A stretch of DNA of 64,000 nt. Origin: a virus. The notes below the pieces were generated by a model. It made no database searches. It saw nothing but the letters and a program-made list of their open reading frames with translations, and was not told the DNA's origin. The stretch's first letter is position 1; every line of letters begins with the position of its first letter. The stretch spans positions 10,795 to 74,794 of the IMG/VR virus record IMGVR_UViG_3300034170_000100, one strand, 5' to 3'. Shown here piece by piece: positions 56,599 to 64,000 of the stretch. Both the position numbers and the translations under genes were made by a program.

Positions 56599-57033
56599 TT
56601 AGGTAAGTAGCAAACGCATTTTATGCATCTGCCCGTTTGCTTCACGGTCATCCCAGGAATCCTGGCCGCAACAGACGAAACAGATCCGCATGCGGTTCAC
56701 ATCGTCTAAAGCATTCTCCCCGGGCAATTGCCTAGAGTAGATTGCTGCAAGTTGTGGGTCAGGCACCAAATTCAGGTGCATTTCGGTACCATCATGGCCA
56801 TAGCGAACTTGTCCTGCTTGCCCTGGGGACATCGCTGTACTATTGCCATAACTGGCATAGTTGAACGATATCCCCTGCGCTTGCAGGGATCTCCCGATAG
56901 GGCCAGCCTGTCCGGAGCGCAGCAGTACCATCATGTCCCCCAAGCTCCAAATGCGGGGCATTTGTTTGACGTTGAGAGCTTCAAGTACTGCAACGCAGTC
57001 GTCAGGTTTAAATGCCAGAGCTGTAGTAGACAT
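56599..57033 (-). CDS. hypothetical protein
   Basis: AGGAG SD before ATG 57033. Confidence 0.7.
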   Translation of the reverse strand: MSTTALAFKPDDCVAVLEALNVKQMPRIWSLGDMMVLLRSGQAGPIGRSLQAQGISFNYASYGNSTAMSPGQAGQVRYGHDGTEMHLNLVPDPQLAAIYSRQLPGENALDDVNRMRICFVCCGQDSWDDREANGQMHKMRLLLT

Positions 57034-57052
57034 GCCGGGTCTCCTGACTGTT

Positions 57053-58120
57053 TTAGCTCGTGAAGTCTGCGGCATTGGCTTTCATCCAAGCCGAAACGGC
57101 CGGGTTGCCCAATACAGCCATTCCTTGACGGCGAATGATGTTGCGCATGGACACGATTTGGAACTCGGCCGGGATGCGTTCGATGTATTCCATCATTGCC
57201 GCTGCGTTACCGGCTTCAAACCAGTCGCCCAAGGCACCGGTTAGGGCATACAACGGTCCCGGGTTACCCGCCGACGGCACAGGTGCAGTTTTTGGATTGG
57301 CCAATACATCGGCCTTTTTCGGCAGATCCTTACGCATCATTGCGAAAGCGACGAACTCATGTGCAATGGCGTTCACACAGCCAGCAATGACCGGTAGTTT
57401 ACCTGCTGGATTGCCGTTCCAGACGTTCAGCAACTTGTGGACGAATTCCCACGAACGTGGGCAAGCGAAAGGCTGGTCCGGGTTCTTGTTGTCGAACGTG
57501 TAGAAGGCGATCGGGCGCCATTCCAGGTATGAGGTGATCAGCGAGCGGATGTTGCCTTTCTGTGCCCACTTCAGCCAGTGTTCCATGTCTTCAGTGACCG
57601 ACAGGTTTACCAGGCGGGAGATCAGCGCGGTGGACATTGCAACTGTCACAGCTTGGTCATCATCATGGTTGCCGGCCGCAGCGATGTGAGCCAGCGGGTG
57701 CAGCTTACGCTGCCCTACCATACGGTCGAGGAAGAACTTGTAACTGGCCGCTTGTACCATTTCCGGCGCCGAAGTCAGCTCGTCGCAGAAGATCAACCAG
57801 CCTGCATATGGTTGCCCTGTTTTTGGGTTGATTGGCAGTTCATCGCCTTCCAGTGGGAAGCCTTCCAGTGGGTAGTAGCGAGCAATGCCCTTAGCCATGT
57901 CCAGGCCCGGGAAACCGTTCATATCGGTTGGGTCGAAGCCTGCGAAGCGAAGGTCGATCAACAGCAGGTTCATTTCATCGGCGATCTCAGCGATCACCGC
58001 CGATTTGGAGATGCCAGGGCTACCGCGCAGCATTGGGACCAGGCCCGCGGCCAGGATGTCACGGACGTAGGTAGTTGCTTCGCCCATTGGGATTTGGAAG
58101 TCTTCGAGCATAGTTGCCAT
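57053..58120 (-). CDS. MoxR-like AAA+ ATPase (N4 gp24-like)
   Basis: GSPGISKS, FCDE, AAGN, MSTALISR and PRSWE motifs. Confidence 0.9.
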   Translation of the reverse strand: MATMLEDFQIPMGEATTYVRDILAAGLVPMLRGSPGISKSAVIAEIADEMNLLLIDLRFAGFDPTDMNGFPGLDMAKGIARYYPLEGFPLEGDELPINPKTGQPYAGWLIFCDELTSAPEMVQAASYKFFLDRMVGQRKLHPLAHIAAAGNHDDDQAVTVAMSTALISRLVNLSVTEDMEHWLKWAQKGNIRSLITSYLEWRPIAFYTFDNKNPDQPFACPRSWEFVHKLLNVWNGNPAGKLPVIAGCVNAIAHEFVAFAMMRKDLPKKADVLANPKTAPVPSAGNPGPLYALTGALGDWFEAGNAAAMMEYIERIPAEFQIVSMRNIIRRQGMAVLGNPAVSAWMKANAADFTS

Positions 58121-58156
58121 GGTTTATTGTACCTTGTTTAAAATTTGGGTTGAGGG

Positions 58157-58984
58157 TTAGGCGTCGGCGAACAGGTTGTCCGCTTTCGGGAGAGTCAGCG
58201 CCTTTTTGAACACAGGCTGCTTCTTCTCCGATTTCAGCGTGCCGTTGATGAAGTATTGGTGCAGCAGTGCTGCAATTTGGCGATAGCCCAGGGTGTTCAG
58301 CTCGTAGTTTTCACGAACCACGTCCTGCACCATGGTCACCACGTCTTCACGCACAACGTCGGTGTAGATTTTCAGGTAGTTGTCCAGTAATTCACTGGTT
58401 TCAACTGCCTTCAGCAATGCGTCGAGCTGCACCTTCTCCATGGAGTAGACCAGGCCAACACGGCCTAGCAATTCGGTCTTCACGCCAAAAGCGCGCAGAC
58501 GATCCAGATCGATATCAGCTTCACCGTTCCAGGCGCCGCCGAAGATGAACAGACAGTGATTGATGGTGATTTCTTCGTACTGGCCGTACTTGCCGGTGTA
58601 CACGCTGGTGGTGCGACCTTCCAGGATCTTCAGCAACTCATTCTGGATGCTGGTGGTCGAATCGTCCGCCAGATCAGAGTTGGAATTGCCACGAATGAAC
58701 AGCTTGTCGAATTCATCGAAGAACACGACACAGGGCGACATCGCGCTATTGGCGATTGGGGCCAGGGCTTTGGACAACGAGTTGCCCGACAGACCTTCTT
58801 TGGTCAGCTGGGCGCAATTGATCTCGTACATCGGCATCATCAGCTCGTCGCACAGACCTTCGACGTTATACGTCTTGCCCGAACCGGATGGGCCGGTCAG
58901 GAAGAAGTGCGGGCGAATAATGCCCTGAGAGGTGCAGTGGATATCAAGAATACGACGAACTTGAGCAATCGTTTTGGTGGACAT
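58157..58984 (-). CDS. ClpX/HslU-like AAA+ ATPase, truncated module
   Basis: GPSGSGKT, FFDEFDKL, IQNELLKILEG, LFIFGGA and ELLGR motifs. Confidence 0.85.
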   Translation of the reverse strand: MSTKTIAQVRRILDIHCTSQGIIRPHFFLTGPSGSGKTYNVEGLCDELMMPMYEINCAQLTKEGLSGNSLSKALAPIANSAMSPCVVFFDEFDKLFIRGNSNSDLADDSTTSIQNELLKILEGRTTSVYTGKYGQYEEITINHCLFIFGGAWNGEADIDLDRLRAFGVKTELLGRVGLVYSMEKVQLDALLKAVETSELLDNYLKIYTDVVREDVVTMVQDVVRENYELNTLGYRQIAALLHQYFINGTLKSEKKQPVFKKALTLPKADNLFADA

Positions 58985-59027
58985 ATGAGTTCCTGTATAG
59001 TGGGGTTTCGTTTAAAAAGGAGGTTTT

Positions 59028-60794
59028 ATGAGTGAAGTACAACTGGTACAAAAAACTGGCGTTGCGCCCCTAAGCAAGTTGATTACGCAGCAACTTACCT
59101 TTGGGTGGGTGCTTTATGGCACCCCCTTTGATTATCAAGGCAATCCTGCTCAATTGATGGTCAAAGGAGATGTCCCCACCCTCGAAACTGGCGAGTATCG
59201 CCTAATCGAGAAAGATGGGAAAATGTCTATGGAAGTGCAGTTAACTGCTCTTCTTGACAACGGCTGGACGCTTTATGGCAATCCTTTCGTTGTTTATGGT
59301 CTTTCTGCGCAGGCAGTGGTTAAAGGAAATGTTCCCTCACTACCGGGGCCGTCAGGCACTGGTGAAATTCCCCCTGATTTACTTTCCCGGGTCACCGCTG
59401 TCGAAGATAAAGCAACAGATGCCTTATCTGGTTTAGCTGTGCTGGATGGTAAGTTGTTGACCAAAGCCAACTTGTTAAACGGCAAAGTGCCGTATGAGCA
59501 GCTTCCGGAGTTCCCGGTAGGGCGTAAGATCAAAGTAACTGACCAAGCTGAGCGTTTGGCGTTATCAGTCTATGCCGATCTAACAATTGCTTATCAGACC
59601 GACACCGGCGATGCTTGGGGCCTTGATGCAAACGATAATCCGGCAGTAGCCGGCAATTGGTCCAAGTTGGGCAATGCTCAAGCACTCGGTGTTGCCTCAT
59701 TTAACGGCCGCACGGGCAATATTGCACCACAAGCTGGTGATTATTCTGCTTCGTTGATTGCAGAGACTGCGGATCGACGCTTTGTCTCTACCGAGCAAAT
59801 TGCTCAGTGGAATCAGGCTCCAAACCCTGGATTGATTGATACCAAGATTGCAGAGCAGAAAGTGGCGGATGATTTGGTTTATGAGACCAAACAGCACGCC
59901 ACTGCTACATTTTTAGCGAAAGCTGACTTACCCGCTCCAGTTGACACATCTGGCTTCATGTTGAAAACATTGCAGGATGCTGCAAATGGGGTGGCCCCTT
60001 TGGGGGCTGACCGTAAGGTTCCGTTGGCTAACCTCCCATCTGTCATTGGCACGAGTGAATGGGTAATCCCAGTCAGTTCCTACACTGACGTCAAAGCAAC
60101 TCGTGCTGCCAGCACTTGGTACAAGAATAGTGGGCAATATGACCGACATGTGCGGGTGATGACCAACTCTATTGCGGGGAAGGAAGCCTCGTTTATGCAC
60201 CTGCGGGATAAATCCGGTGCTATGCTAATCCTTAATTCCGTGGATGTTGCGGGTAGTGTCATTTATTCACAGCTTATGCAGTTTGTTGTTCCTGCTGGGT
60301 GGGACTACCAAATTGTGTTGGCTACGGTAACCCCCCGAACTATTGCTTCGTGGTTCGAAGTGAATATGGTGGCAGGTAGCACGTTTACCCCTGTATCTGA
60401 AAAGGGCAAAGCTAGCGGTGTTGCACCGTTGGATAATGCCGGCCGTGTTCCCTTACTTAACTTGCCATCACATTTACCCCAAGCTAAACGAGAGTGGCGT
60501 GATGTGAAGGCTAGCCGTGTTGTGGGTACTTATTACAAGAACAACACTGGCAGTGAGCAAGTGGTATGTGTTCGTCACAAATCACTCACTGCATCTGGTC
60601 GTTTTACACAAATTGTTGTTCGATTTAGTTCTGCAACCAAATGGTACGATTTTACTACAATGAAGAACGGATCAATTGGTACGCAAGAAGAAGTAACAGC
60701 TCTTGTTCCCATTGGTTGGGAATATGCAGTTACAACTGCCGGAGGTACTACAGATATCAGCTTACTTGATACTTGGTACGAACTTGGCGAGTAA
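59028..60794 (+). CDS. virion fibre / decoration-like protein, solitary late-strand gene
   Basis: AGGAGG SD; two N-terminal GWxLYGxPF repeats; GVAPL..GKVP..LP and VASFNGRTG fibre motifs; two C-terminal DVKAxR...YKN...VPxGWxY...W(F/Y)E modules. Confidence 0.8.
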   Translation: MSEVQLVQKTGVAPLSKLITQQLTFGWVLYGTPFDYQGNPAQLMVKGDVPTLETGEYRLIEKDGKMSMEVQLTALLDNGWTLYGNPFVVYGLSAQAVVKGNVPSLPGPSGTGEIPPDLLSRVTAVEDKATDALSGLAVLDGKLLTKANLLNGKVPYEQLPEFPVGRKIKVTDQAERLALSVYADLTIAYQTDTGDAWGLDANDNPAVAGNWSKLGNAQALGVASFNGRTGNIAPQAGDYSASLIAETADRRFVSTEQIAQWNQAPNPGLIDTKIAEQKVADDLVYETKQHATATFLAKADLPAPVDTSGFMLKTLQDAANGVAPLGADRKVPLANLPSVIGTSEWVIPVSSYTDVKATRAASTWYKNSGQYDRHVRVMTNSIAGKEASFMHLRDKSGAMLILNSVDVAGSVIYSQLMQFVVPAGWDYQIVLATVTPRTIASWFEVNMVAGSTFTPVSEKGKASGVAPLDNAGRVPLLNLPSHLPQAKREWRDVKASRVVGTYYKNNTGSEQVVCVRHKSLTASGRFTQIVVRFSSATKWYDFTTMKNGSIGTQEEVTALVPIGWEYAVTTAGGTTDISLLDTWYELGE

Positions 60795-60944
60795 CGTGTT
60801 GTGATACGTGCCGAATAGCTGACGCAAACGGTTAGTGGACAATTCCCCATCATCCAAAGCATAAACAGCCTCCATGACTACATCGTGGAGGCTGTCTGCT
60901 GTTGGGAAGACTGGATTTGGCACAGGTGGGATTTCCTGGTGCAT
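60762..60944 (-). CDS. small hypothetical protein
   Basis: PVFPTADSLHDVV...YHNTLL motif; in operon orientation. Confidence 0.6.
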   Translation of the reverse strand: MHQEIPPVPNPVFPTADSLHDVVMEAVYALDDGELSTNRLRQLFGTYHNTLLAKFVPSIK

Positions 60945-60958
60945 AATCGCTTCTTGTT

Positions 60959-61759
60959 TTAGATCGGCAAGCCCTTCTTGAGCTTGGCGCGGATTTCGTT
61001 GATCGCCTTTGGATCGGCGAGTTGTTTGGTTGGTTTGACATACGTCAACGACGCAGGGAAGTGCTTCACAGCTTCAGGCATCAGTTCTGCCAGTTGGGCC
61101 GCAGTTTTCACCGGAGCGATGGCCGAACTCAGTGCCTGGTAGGCAGTCTCGCAGGAAAAGATCAGAGCCTTTAGCTCATGCAGCAAAACTGCAACTTTTT
61201 CTTTAAGGAGCACAAATGCTTCGTTTGCCACTGCGTCCAGATCATCAGGCACTTCTAGGCCGGCTTCATACAAGTAGCCCGGTTGGTGCCCTTGAATGAT
61301 GTCGGAGTAGCTGTGGTTGATCTGCACACTGGAATTCCAGCCGCTTGTCACGCTTTCGCTTACGATACCCACCGCACCTGTGCAATTTTGCATGAGGCGT
61401 GAAGCCAGGTCGGCCAAGCGTTCTTTTTCAGGCACAGTGCCACTGTTTTGCCAGGCCACTTTGCCGAACTCGCCAATACACTTTTTACTTTCTGTACCGT
61501 CCAGATTTGGCTCACCGAGAGCATAAATGTTCGGACGAAAGCTGAGGCTGTTAGCCCCACGGCTTTGGATCAAGGAAAGCTGATCAGCCCGAGAAATGCC
61601 AGGGTACTGGTCTTCCCAGTTGTTCAGCAGCACCCCATGCACTTGCAGGCGCAACTGAGTGAGGCTGTCGACGATCTTTTGTGCAGAGGGGGCCGCCGAG
61701 GCAACTACGACGGCAAGCAGGATCTCGTGACGTTCTTGCTTATTGATTGCTTTTTTCAT
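60959..61759 (-). CDS. Nmad5-like protein
   Basis: AAGGA SD; C-terminal KTAAQLAELMPEAVKHFP resembles the Nmad5 family signature. Confidence 0.6.
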   Translation of the reverse strand: MKKAINKQERHEILLAVVVASAAPSAQKIVDSLTQLRLQVHGVLLNNWEDQYPGISRADQLSLIQSRGANSLSFRPNIYALGEPNLDGTESKKCIGEFGKVAWQNSGTVPEKERLADLASRLMQNCTGAVGIVSESVTSGWNSSVQINHSYSDIIQGHQPGYLYEAGLEVPDDLDAVANEAFVLLKEKVAVLLHELKALIFSCETAYQALSSAIAPVKTAAQLAELMPEAVKHFPASLTYVKPTKQLADPKAINEIRAKLKKGLPI

Positions 61760-61763
61760 TGGT

Positions 61764-62237
61764 TTATTCCTTGGTTTCGTTGATGGCGAGGTCGATTGCC
61801 TCACGTTTGATTTGCCGACCTTGCTCGCTAGCGCCGTCGAGTTCTTCTTGGTTAAGCCGCACAGCCTGATACGTTTTATCGGACATAAAGCCCTCTTCAA
61901 CGTAGACTGCAAAATGACGACCTTCACTGCCCCAGCCTTCAATTTCGACAACCACCTTACGGCATTTATCCAGCATGAAGTTCAGGCGTTCGGTGTCAGT
62001 GATGCCTTCAGGTTCTTGCCGATTTCGCATGAAACCTTTAACATAACCGGCCAAGCCGGTAGGAAGACCTACTATCCCTTTGGAGTTGGTGGTAATTGCT
62101 GTCCAGCGCCCATCAAGGAGCACTTGACCCAGTTCCCAGGTGGAACCGCCGGGACGGGTGTCGTAACCATCAGCGGAGATAAATTGCAGGAATTCAGGCA
62201 CTTTGTCGGCCGGGATCAAACCTTTAATGTAGGACAT
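61764..62237 (-). CDS. hypothetical protein
   Basis: AAGGT SD; TDTERLNF...REAID motif. Confidence 0.75.
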   Translation of the reverse strand: MSYIKGLIPADKVPEFLQFISADGYDTRPGGSTWELGQVLLDGRWTAITTNSKGIVGLPTGLAGYVKGFMRNRQEPEGITDTERLNFMLDKCRKVVVEIEGWGSEGRHFAVYVEEGFMSDKTYQAVRLNQEELDGASEQGRQIKREAIDLAINETKE

Positions 62238-62238
62238 A

Positions 62239-62571
62239 TCACACCTTCACGCTGATGATTGGGGTGTCATCCAGGCTTTCTGGTAGAGCACCGAGGAGGT
62301 TGTAACGCTGGAGCAGCGAGTAGTAGCGGTTGTTGCACGCTTCGACTTCTCGCATACGCTCAGCGTTGTTGCGCAGCACAGACATATGACGCCGGCTGAA
62401 TTTCTGCGCATCTTTCAGCAGCTTTTTGGTTTCAACCAACTCTGCCGATACCGCGTCAAAGCGGGCCTGGGTGACATACGGAATCACCGTGAGGTATTCC
62501 AGACTATCTGCCCAGCTCGGGTAAATCGAATGCAGCGTTTCAGCGCCGTCGGAATCACGGACAGTCCACAT
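62239..62571 (-). CDS. hypothetical coiled-coil protein
   Basis: GGAG SD before ATG 62571. Confidence 0.7.
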   Translation of the reverse strand: MWTVRDSDGAETLHSIYPSWADSLEYLTVIPYVTQARFDAVSAELVETKKLLKDAQKFSRRHMSVLRNNAERMREVEACNNRYYSLLQRYNLLGALPESLDDTPIISVKV

Positions 62572-62575
62572 GGCG

Positions 62576-62785
62576 TTACTCCGGTTGAGGATCAGGGATT
62601 TCTTCGAGGGTTGCGTACCCTTCGAGCACCAGGCGGTCGGTGATGGCCTGACGGCGCTCAGCGATACCGTCGGCTTCGAAGGGGTAAGCGATGGAGTCGT
62701 TCCCGAGAAGCCACATGTCATGCATGATGGCACGCAGCTTTTCGGAACGTAGTTTCAGATGGCGGATGTATTTCGGACGAAGCAT
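62576..62785 (-). CDS. hypothetical protein
   Basis: ORF in packed operon. Confidence 0.65.
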   Translation of the reverse strand: MLRPKYIRHLKLRSEKLRAIMHDMWLLGNDSIAYPFEADGIAERRQAITDRLVLEGYATLEEIPDPQPE

Positions 62786-62793
62786 TCAGTTCT

Positions 62794-63159
62794 CTATTTG
62801 ACTAGAGCGTCCCTGACCAAACGGATACGGCGCCGGGAAATTTCCAGCGGTTGTGGTACAAAGCGCACATGTGCCTCGAATTGCTTCGGGTTGTGGTCTT
62901 GAGGTCCGTACCCGAGCAGGAATCGCTTACGGATGATGATATGTCGGTTGCTGTGGACGAAACTGCCCGGATGGGCGGCTAACATCTGCAACAACGACGT
63001 TTCGTTGGTAGACACCACGTCCATGACGTTGTCATGGCGCATGTAGTGAATATGGACTTGCTTTTCGTCGGCTACTGCGTAGACGATTCTTTCGGCTTTG
63101 CAGCCCTTTTGCGAGTCCCCGTAGTAGTATTGACGGTACTCTTTTTCTCGGTCGTGCAT
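62794..63159 (-). CDS. stand-alone LytTR-like DNA-binding domain protein
   Basis: IVYAVADEKQV...SLLQM...FVHSNRHIII...LEISRRRIRLVRDAL follows the LytTR pattern; AAGGA SD. Confidence 0.7.
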   Translation of the reverse strand: MHDREKEYRQYYYGDSQKGCKAERIVYAVADEKQVHIHYMRHDNVMDVVSTNETSLLQMLAAHPGSFVHSNRHIIIRKRFLLGYGPQDHNPKQFEAHVRFVPQPLEISRRRIRLVRDALVK

Positions 63160-63491
63160 GACTGGCGTTCCTTGTAGACCTTTGGCGGTCGTTGCGAGAA
63201 TACGCCCATATTCCGGGCGGGTTTCTTGCTACGATACACCGTTAGTCGAGGAATTTCACCACGCAGGAATCGATCGACATCTTTCGGGCTGGCATAGCCC
63301 AGCTTCACATCACAGACGGTCAACTCTTTGCGGTGGTAGCCTTTGTCTACTAGGGCGCTGGCCTTCTTCAGTGCGTCGATCAAAGTGCGGGCCGCAGCGG
63401 CTTGTTCAGCCGGCGACATCTTCCCATTCATGGAAGCGATGAATGCATCCACGGCCTTCTTGGGGATGGCCAGATTTTGTGCTTTGGACAT
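63072..63491 (-). CDS. hypothetical basic protein
   Basis: AGGAG SD; 3' end overlaps the LytTR gene. Confidence 0.65.
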   Translation of the reverse strand: MSKAQNLAIPKKAVDAFIASMNGKMSPAEQAAAARTLIDALKKASALVDKGYHRKELTVCDVKLGYASPKDVDRFLRGEIPRLTVYRSKKPARNMGVFSQRPPKVYKERQSCTTEKKSTVNTTTGTRKRAAKPKESSTQ

Positions 63492-63575
63492 GTTGGATAT
63501 GCTCCTGTTGCCTGGGCGTACCCAGGCGTTTAATTATGGAAGGGTCACCAGACTGCGGGGACCGCAGAACTCAAC

Positions 63576-63899
63576 TCAGGATTTCATCCAGCGAGTAAAG
63601 CGCGCCCAGAAGCCAGCAGGTTTGCCAGTAGGCAACGGCGCCGAAGAAGATGGCAGCTTGTGGTGAACATGGGCCACGTTCTCACTGACCAGGGTCAGCG
63701 GAGCACCAGTTGCACGTTTGGTTTGATCCTGGCCGTGACGGTAGCCGATGTGGTAACGATGGGCATGCCGGTGAGTTTTCTTGATGGTTTTGGGGTTACC
63801 CACCAAACCGTCGGAATACCCACGATTGTAGGTCTCGTTGCCCAGGTTGATTTCGGACATGTTGCGCTGGTTATTCTTGCTCACTGAGAATTTCCTCAA
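63576..63899 (-). CDS. hypothetical protein (start uncertain; alternative ATG 63860)
   Basis: ORF with YNRGYSDG...YHIGY motif and C-terminal GFWARF. Confidence 0.6.
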   Translation of the reverse strand: MRKFSVSKNNQRNMSEINLGNETYNRGYSDGLVGNPKTIKKTHRHAHRYHIGYRHGQDQTKRATGAPLTLVSENVAHVHHKLPSSSAPLPTGKPAGFWARFTRWMKS

Positions 63900-64000
63900 G
63901 TTGGTTCAATGGGTGGGTGAAAAACGGATAATCGCCATCAGCTTTGAAAGTCACGCTGATATGCTGAATACCCGTATGGCGGGTGTCATCAGAAGCACAA

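Noticed and set aside
1-64000. Loss of the RNAP II subunit genes
   Set aside because: By N4 gene order they would lie in the part of the genome outside this window, so absence cannot be claimed.

Overview
This window is about 64 kb of an N4-like phage genome (Schitoviridae), probably infecting Pseudomonas (host inferred from the tail, lysis and LytTR genes). It is shown in reverse orientation relative to N4. Layout: (1) 1-4.7 kb, leftward early genes with CC-GAA-GG hairpin promoters; (2) about 4.7-4.8 kb, probable junction of the genome ends; (3) 4.8-29.9 kb, rightward late module (terminase, portal, major capsid, ejection proteins, 3378-aa virion RNA polymerase) with an antisense dUTPase; (4) 29.9-31.3 kb, two aberrant tRNA-like elements flanking a densely structured non-coding region of about 0.6 kb; (5) 31.3-40.1 kb, leftward replication genes (TerB-like, RuvC-like, gp49-like, SSB, HNH, AAA ATPase, primase, nuclease); (6) 40.6-46.8 kb, rightward tail-tip, fibre and lysis genes; (7) 46.8-64 kb, leftward middle genes. 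The most striking feature is the family A DNA polymerase. A free-standing NUMOD4-HNH endonuclease splits it in two. The downstream half carries a 5-nt coding gap (ACC-UAG-CU-UAU) inside motif B after codon 47, directly preceded by a perfect 10-bp hairpin. This closely parallels the T4 gene 39-mobA-gene 60 ribosomal-bypass cassette and suggests a miniature translational hop. All protein calls come from motif recognition and synteny; no database search was run.
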